From contig CAWHFJ010000009.1 in the NCBI GenBank assembly GCA_963828495.1, forward strand, positions 234,338 to 298,337: a DNA stretch of 64,000 bases, read 5' to 3'. The stretch comes from Candidatus Omnitrophota bacterium (GTDB taxonomy: Bacteria > Omnitrophota > Gorgyraeia > Zapsychrales > Fredricksoniimonadaceae). The translations under genes and the position numbers were made by a program. Numbering within the stretch: the first letter of the stretch is position 1; each line of letters starts with the position of its first letter. Positions 59,021-64,000 of the stretch are shown here, piece after piece. Below the pieces are notes generated by a model. That model saw nothing but the letters and a program-made list of their open reading frames with translations. It did not search any database and had not been told where the DNA came from.

Positions 59021-60487
59021 CTAGCCGAAGTTCAACGCCGCGGAACAATAATAATTCGTCCCGTTGTAATAACAGCTGACAACATCAATCCCGTTTGCTG
59101 TTGTCGTCAATACCGGTCCCACCTTACCCGGCCAGTACACCCCCGCAGGCCAGGTCACTGTACGTGAACCTGTTCCATCTTGGATCAAATCAAAAGTCAA
59201 ATGAGTGGGGCCGCCTGGAACCGTGAAAGTGAAGGTACAATTACCCGTCAAGGTGATTTTCTGGTTATTACCGTTGTTCCAATTAATCGTGATAGAAGTA
59301 CCGGAATTTCCATTATTGTATTCACTAAAATAAGTGATTGAATTATTGACCTGTAAAGCCGAGCCCGGTACCCATGTCCCTATCCCCACATTCCCGTTGG
59401 TCACCACAAACCTACCTTGCGGGGTGGTGGTGCCGATGCCGACGTTACCTCCGGATACCATTCTCATGGCCTCCACATTGGCGGTATTGCTCCCATTACC
59501 TACAATGAAATTGATATAATCCGATGTTCCGTAATTACTAAATGGAGCAGATGCAACTGACTGAATTGTTACAAATGAATTAGTGCCTCCGCCACCCTCG
59601 AGCTCGGTATAAGTTCCGTTACCGTTATTGTTATACAATTGAAACATTGCCTCCTGATTCCCTTGAATATTGCCTGTAACATAAAGGGTATTACCATTTA
59701 ACAGGGTACTACCATTATCCACTTCCAACCCATATCTCGGGGCCCACGTGCCGATGCCCACATTGCCGTTCATAACAACCAATCCTGCTCCAACTCCTGA
59801 AGTCGTCCCTATGCCTACGGTGTTGGTCGTACTTATTCCGACGTTGCCTGTGCCGCCGGCTAACGACCAATAGTTACTAGCACTAGCCCATGATGTTTTA
59901 CAACTACTGCCAAAACAAATTGTGCCTGTCGGACTCACGTCCAGGGAACCAGCCGGAGTTACGGAGCCGATCCCCACGTTACCAACCACATTCAAAGCCG
60001 ATCCCGGCGCCCATGTCCCTATCCCCACATTGCCATTAGTCACCACCAATGCTCCTTGATTGGTCGTCGTGGTTCCTATCCCTACATTACCATTGTGATA
60101 CGTGTCCCCAATGACGCTTAACGGTTTCGCCGGCGCCCATGTCCCAATCCCCACATTCCCGTTCATCACAACCAACCCTGCCCCAACCCCTGAAGTCGTC
60201 CCTATCCCTACGGTGTTCGTGGTATTTATCCCGACGTTGCCGGTGCCGCCGGCTAACGACCAATAGTTACTAGCGCTAGCCCATGATGTTTTACAACTAC
60301 TGCCAAAACAAATTGTGCCTGTCGGGCTTACGTCCAAAGAACCAGCCGGAGCTGTAGAGCCGATCCCCACATTACCAACCACATTCAAAGCTGAGTTCGC
60401 TATCCATGTGCCGATGCCCACATTACCGCCAACAACACTAAGCAATGTCTGCGGAGTCGTCGTGCCAATGCCGACGTTCCCATTCAT
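59021..60487 (-). CDS. GNVGIGT-repeat surface / tail-fibre-like protein, C-terminal fragment
   Basis: Many (N)GNVGIGT(W/T).P repeats and a distinct C-terminal domain ..TVTWPAGVYWPGKVGPVLTTTANGIDVVSCYYNGTNYYC... There is no signal peptide of its own. Confidence 0.75.
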   Translation of the reverse strand: MNGNVGIGTTTPQTLLSVVGGNVGIGTWIANSALNVVGNVGIGSTAPAGSLDVSPTGTICFGSSCKTSWASASNYWSLAGGTGNVGINTTNTVGIGTTSGVGAGLVVMNGNVGIGTWAPAKPLSVIGDTYHNGNVGIGTTTTNQGALVVTNGNVGIGTWAPGSALNVVGNVGIGSVTPAGSLDVSPTGTICFGSSCKTSWASASNYWSLAGGTGNVGISTTNTVGIGTTSGVGAGLVVMNGNVGIGTWAPRYGLEVDNGSTLLNGNTLYVTGNIQGNQEAMFQLYNNNGNGTYTELEGGGGTNSFVTIQSVASAPFSNYGTSDYINFIVGNGSNTANVEAMRMVSGGNVGIGTTTPQGRFVVTNGNVGIGTWVPGSALQVNNSITYFSEYNNGNSGTSITINWNNGNNQKITLTGNCTFTFTVPGGPTHLTFDLIQDGTGSRTVTWPAGVYWPGKVGPVLTTTANGIDVVSCYYNGTNYYCSAALNFG

Positions 60488-60652
60488 GCGTCAGCTGTTG
60501 CCCCGTGAGAGAGGCCAATGAACCCGAGAATTTACCATATAACAATGAATAGGCTTTATCGTTGGCAAGACTTGTCTCCTGGACATTATTCACATAAAAA
60601 GAGTTTGAAGCAGTTTCATTATAGCCGGCATCGGAACCGATAAAAATATCCC

Positions 60653-60946
60653 CTACTCCTGTGCTATTGGTATACCCTGCTTGATATCCAAGAGCGGCGT
60701 TGTTAGATCCTGTGGTGTTATTAAGGAGCGCCTGAAATCCATTTGCGGTGTTGTTAGTGCCTGTGGTGTTAACATGAGCGCCCCATATCCATTTGCGGTG
60801 TTGCTAGTGCCTGTGGTGTTGGACGTGAGCGCCGCATTTCCATTTGCGGTATTCCAAGTACCTGTGGTGTTAGTATAGAGCGCCAAACTTCCATTTGCGG
60901 TGTTGGAATAACCTGTAGTGTTAGCCCTAGAGCGCCGCATTTCCAT
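60653..60946 (-). CDS. same surface protein, middle fragment (NTANG..AL repeat region with several frame breaks)
   Basis: SNTANGSLALYTNTTGTWNTANGNAALTSNTTGTSNTANGYGAL. The neighbouring frames encode ..IFIGSDAGYNETASNSFYVNNVQETSLANDKAYSLLYGKFSG... Confidence 0.6.
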   Translation of the reverse strand: MEMRRSRANTTGYSNTANGSLALYTNTTGTWNTANGNAALTSNTTGTSNTANGYGALMLTPQALTTPQMDFRRSLITPQDLTTPLLDIKQGIPIAQE

Positions 60947-62648
60947 ACGCGGTGTTCGCCAAATTTCCTGCTGTCGTTACAGCTCCGGCTTGATAACCCG
61001 CATAAATACTTGAAGTATCTGTTCGCAAAGTTAAAATAGTATTGCCTGAAGTGCCTGCCATAATACTAAACGCCGTACCGATGCCGATGTTACCATTATG
61101 ATATGAGTCCCCTGTCACGCTAAACGGCAGAGCCGGCACCCATGTCCCTATCCCCACATTGCCATTCATAACAACTAGCCCTGCTCCAATCCCTGAAGTC
61201 GTTCCTATCCCCACGGTGTTGGTCGTACTTATCCCGACGTTGCCGGTGCCGCCTGCTAACGACCAATAATTACTAATACCAGCCCATGATGTTTTACAAC
61301 TACTGCCAAAACAAATCGTGCCTGTCGGGCTCACGTCCAGGGAACCGGCCGGAGCTACGGAACCGATCCCCACATTGCCAACCCGCACGATTAAACTCCC
61401 TCCGAAAGTGGTCCATGTGCCTATCCCGACATTACCATTAGTCACAACTAAACCGCCTACCGGAGTCGACGTGCCGATGCCGACATTACCGGAAGCATTA
61501 ACAACGTCCAACGTATTTCCGTTTACTAGCCACTGCTCTAAGTTTCCCGTCTGCCCGGTTATTCCTTCAATACTAAGTCCAATAGTAACAGTATTCGTGT
61601 TCTCTATTCTCGTGTTATACGCGGAGCCATTCCCGGTGGCAAAGGCAGGGAAGGTTGATGTAGCGCGTCCCCCCATAAGAACTAATTCATGCCACGCCCC
61701 TATCTGATTAGCTACTCCACCCGCAGCTTGCCAAAAGTAATCTCCCAAGGCAGACTGGATACGCATCGCTCCGCCGGTGCCTGGATACGTGCCTCCTCCT
61801 ACATTTGTAAATGTTATCTGTCGGACAGCGCCTGTTACTGCATTTAATTCCAAGTCTCCTCCCGCAAGGGATATCCTATTTGCCGGCACCCATGTCCCTA
61901 TCCCTATATTCCCATTCATAACGGTCAATGCGGAAGTCGTCGTTAATGTTGTCCCAATGCCGATATTGCCATTATGATAAGTGTCCCCTGTCACGCTCAA
62001 TGGTTTCGCCGGCACCCATGTCCCTATCCCCACATTGCCGCTCATGACGCTCAAAACGGCAGTCGATGTCTTAATCGTGCCAATGCCTACATTGCCGTTA
62101 CTGTCAACCGCAAAAGGATCGAAACCATTGCTGACCTGAAACATCACCGCCGGCGCCCATGTGCCGATACCCACATTGCCATTCATGACAACCAACCCTG
62201 CTCCAACTCCTGATGTTGTTCCTATGCCTACGGTGTTGGTCGTACTTATCCCGACGTTGCCGGTGCCGCCGGCTAACGACCAATAGTTACTACTACTACC
62301 CCATGATGTTTTACAACTACTGCCAAAACAAATCGTCCCTGTCGGGCTTACATCCAGGGAACCCGCCGGAGCCACGGAACCGATGCCCACATTGCCCACC
62401 ACATTCAAAGCCGAGCCCGGCACCCATGTGCCGATGCCTACATTACCATTCATCACCGTCAATGCACCAAGTGGTGTGCTCGTCCCGATGCCGATGTTCA
62501 TATTAACGTTGGTATTGAAAGGCATATATGAGGCCATCGCCGGCAAGGAATAAGCCATGCCAAGAAAGCCAAAGATAATAAAAATTATCCTTTGGCCCCA
62601 ACGGCTACTCTTCCTGATTGTTATTTGTATCTTAGTTTTTCTTCCCAT
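60927..62648 (-). CDS. GNVGIGT-repeat surface / tail-fibre-like protein, N-terminal fragment with signal anchor
   Basis: ..RIIFIIFGFLGMAYSLPAMA followed by GNVGIGT repeats. The start lies 3 nt downstream of the HTH gene stop. Confidence 0.75.
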   Translation of the reverse strand: MGRKTKIQITIRKSSRWGQRIIFIIFGFLGMAYSLPAMASYMPFNTNVNMNIGIGTSTPLGALTVMNGNVGIGTWVPGSALNVVGNVGIGSVAPAGSLDVSPTGTICFGSSCKTSWGSSSNYWSLAGGTGNVGISTTNTVGIGTTSGVGAGLVVMNGNVGIGTWAPAVMFQVSNGFDPFAVDSNGNVGIGTIKTSTAVLSVMSGNVGIGTWVPAKPLSVTGDTYHNGNIGIGTTLTTTSALTVMNGNIGIGTWVPANRISLAGGDLELNAVTGAVRQITFTNVGGGTYPGTGGAMRIQSALGDYFWQAAGGVANQIGAWHELVLMGGRATSTFPAFATGNGSAYNTRIENTNTVTIGLSIEGITGQTGNLEQWLVNGNTLDVVNASGNVGIGTSTPVGGLVVTNGNVGIGTWTTFGGSLIVRVGNVGIGSVAPAGSLDVSPTGTICFGSSCKTSWAGISNYWSLAGGTGNVGISTTNTVGIGTTSGIGAGLVVMNGNVGIGTWVPALPFSVTGDSYHNGNIGIGTAFSIMAGTSGNTILTLRTDTSSIYAGYQAGAVTTAGNLANTAYGNAAL

Positions 62649-62651
62649 CGC

Positions 62652-62828
62652 TTAAAAATTCATCCTGCTTTTAATAAAAGCTTCTAAATCTTGGGGATTG
62701 ATACGCCATTGCCCAATTTTAACCGCTCTCAACTCTTTGGCTTTAATTAAATCGCGGACAGACTCTTCACTGATGTCGAGTTTCTGTGAGGTTTCACGAA
62801 TAGTTAAAAAGCTGCTTATGCCATCCAT
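62652..62828 (-). CDS. 58-aa helix-turn-helix protein (excisionase/MerR-like HTH_17 type), absent from the ORF track
   Basis: Hand translation gives MDGISSFLTIRETSQKLDISEESVRDLIKAKELRAVKIGQWRINPQDLEAFIKSRMNF*. It matches the LT..E.A..L.VS..TV..LI..G.L.A.KIG..WRI...DL..FL pattern. Confidence 0.7.
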   Translation of the reverse strand: MDGISSFLTIRETSQKLDISEESVRDLIKAKELRAVKIGQWRINPQDLEAFIKSRMNF

Positions 62829-62840
62829 CTTATACCCCGT

Positions 62841-62870
62841 TTACTCCCTATTACTCCTTATTACTCCCTA
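62841..62870. repeat. three tandem 10-bp repeats upstream of the HTH gene
   Basis: TTACTCCCTA / TTACTCCTTA / TTACTCCCTA. On the minus strand each unit carries a GGGAG or AGGAG core. Confidence 0.8.
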
Positions 62871-62961
62871 TTTTGATATTTTTTTATTGTTATGCAAGAA
62901 CTATTTCTAATCATTTGGAAAAGCAGGGGAGGGCTCTTAATCCCTAAACATTACTATCCTC

Positions 62962-62989
62962 TTGACAATATCCGGTTTATTTCTATGAT
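62962..62989 (+). promoter_or_regulatory. sigma70-type promoter candidate placed for a leaderless nuoJ transcript
   Basis: TTGACA at 62962-62967, a 16-nt spacer, then TATGAT at 62984-62989. The ATG is at 62996 and no SD lies in between. Confidence 0.4.
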
Positions 62990-62995
62990 AAAAAC

Positions 62996-63517
62996 ATGCA
63001 CGCCTTTTTCTTTTACTTTTTTGCGGCTATCTTGGTTCTCGCGAGTCTCGCTGTCATCCTTGCGCGCAATCCTCTCTACAATGTTTTAGCCTTAGTGGTC
63101 GCTATCTTCTCTCTGTCCGGTCTCTTTGTGCTGTTGGAAGCTTTTTTTGTCGGGATTATCCTTTTGTTAATCTACGCCGGAGCCGTGCTGGTCTTTTGCC
63201 TTTTTGTCGTCATGTGTTTGGATCTTAAATCCATCCCCCTTGCATCTGTCCAAGGAAACCGCCTGCGATGGTTGGGCGCGCTGGCCGGGGTGCTCTTCGC
63301 CTTTTCCTTCTTTTTAGCGACCCAAAGTTTCATCAAAGCCTATACACTGGGGGAGTCTTCGATTCGCGGCACGATTGAAACTCTGGGCAAAATTCTCTTT
63401 ACGGATTATCTGCTGCCTTTTGAATTAACGTCATTCCTGTTATTAATTGCGATTTTCGGCATTGTTGCACTAGCTCAAGGCGCATTAAATACAGGGAAGG
63501 ACATCAAAAACTCATGA
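62996..63517 (+). CDS. nuoJ: NADH-quinone oxidoreductase subunit J
   Basis: ..ARNPLYNVLALVVAIFSLSGLFVLLEAFFVGIILLLIYAGAVLVF.. fits the NuoJ pattern. Confidence 0.85.
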   Translation: MHAFFFYFFAAILVLASLAVILARNPLYNVLALVVAIFSLSGLFVLLEAFFVGIILLLIYAGAVLVFCLFVVMCLDLKSIPLASVQGNRLRWLGALAGVLFAFSFFLATQSFIKAYTLGESSIRGTIETLGKILFTDYLLPFELTSFLLLIAIFGIVALAQGALNTGKDIKNS

Positions 63518-63816
63518 TTACGCTGGGGTCCTATTTAGCCTTAAGCGGCATTATTTTCTCGATCGGCATCGTGGGTGTTATCACCGGCCGCACCGTGATC
63601 AAGGTGCTTTTATCTCTTGAGCTTCTTTTGATGGCTTCCAACCTGTCTTTTGTCGCCTTCTCGAAATTTAATGGGGATTACGCGGGCCAATTGATCGTAT
63701 TTTTTGTCATTCTCGTCGCCGCCACAGAGGTGGCTGTGGGGCTTGCCATTGTTGTTTTGATGTACCGACGGCTGTCGACTATTCAGGCGGATGAGTTAAG
63801 GACAATGAAATGGTAG
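63514..63816 (+). CDS. nuoK: NADH-quinone oxidoreductase subunit K
   Basis: 100 aa with three TM helices. ..LLSLELLLMASNLSFVAFS...AATEVAVGLAIVV.. It overlaps nuoJ by 4 nt. Confidence 0.9.
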   Translation: MITLGSYLALSGIIFSIGIVGVITGRTVIKVLLSLELLLMASNLSFVAFSKFNGDYAGQLIVFFVILVAATEVAVGLAIVVLMYRRLSTIQADELRTMKW

Positions 63817-64000
63817 ACCCTCTTTTAGTTTGGATAGCTTTTGGGGCGCCGCTGGTCGCTTGCGTCGTTATTACGCTTTTTTTCCTGAACTCTAAATCTT
63901 TCAGTTCCTTATTGGCCATTGCCGGCATCCTAACCTCTTTTGTTTGTACAAGTTTAGCCGCTGTGCAAATATTTCACACGCAGCCTCCTGTGGAATTTCA
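63810..64000 (+). CDS. nuoL: NADH-quinone oxidoreductase subunit L, N-terminal part (runs off the window)
   Basis: Hand translation from ATG 63810 gives MVDPLLVWIAFGAPLVACVVITLFF... The call rests on position after nuoK and the hydrophobic N-terminus. Confidence 0.6.
   Translation, partial: MVDPLLVWIAFGAPLVACVVITLFFLNSKSFSSLLAIAGILTSFVCTSLAAVQIFHTQPPVEF

Noticed and set aside
2203-62648. Widespread pseudogenisation (genome decay) as the explanation for the many split genes.
   Set aside because: The affected genes are core biosynthetic genes with otherwise intact conserved motifs and no accumulated stop codons within the frames. The breaks are single-base indels, often at homopolymers.
62698-62910. 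ORF 62698..62910 (+).
   Set aside because: It is antisense to the 58-aa HTH gene, whose product has a clear family pattern. The plus-strand product has none.

Overview
This is a 64-kb chromosomal window from a Gram-negative-type bacterium, judged from Lnt and lipobox lipoproteins. It holds about 50 genes, nearly all on the minus strand. From left to right it contains ten blocks. (1) An AT-rich accessory segment at 1-2.1 kb holds a wHTH-like ORF, a NYN-domain protein and structured non-coding DNA. It abuts tRNA-Glu(CUC), and three tandem copies of the tRNA 3' end are present. (2) A FIST / GAF-histidine-kinase / REC-GGDEF(GGDDF) operon. (3) The most unusual object is a roughly 1000-aa cysteine-rich tandem-repeat protein whose N-terminus looks like a Flp or class-III prepilin leader. 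(4) rpe, tRNA-Leu(GAG), pyrG, purF, carB, carA and small housekeeping genes. (5) glpD-like, glpK, lnt and gltD-gltB. (6) A 13-kb envelope glycosylation locus has five GT-C-type membrane glycosyltransferases, one GT2, one methyltransferase and membrane-anchored TPR partners; nadE plus a GATase gene interrupt it. (7) A nitrogen block of glnN, glnA, glnB and amt has a structured leader containing terminators. It sits next to a GAF-GAF-ANTAR regulator that is flanked by a 34-bp inverted repeat. (8) An operon of giant repeat surface proteins is headed by a 58-aa HTH gene that falls below the ORF-track cutoff. (9) The start of nuoJKL. (10) Several small repeat or hairpin families occur in intergenic DNA, and one copy is inserted in frame inside nadE. 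At least 11 conserved genes are broken by single-base frame shifts. Four of the sites I checked by hand are short A/T homopolymers, so assembly error is the most likely cause. Interrupted genes are listed as fragments.
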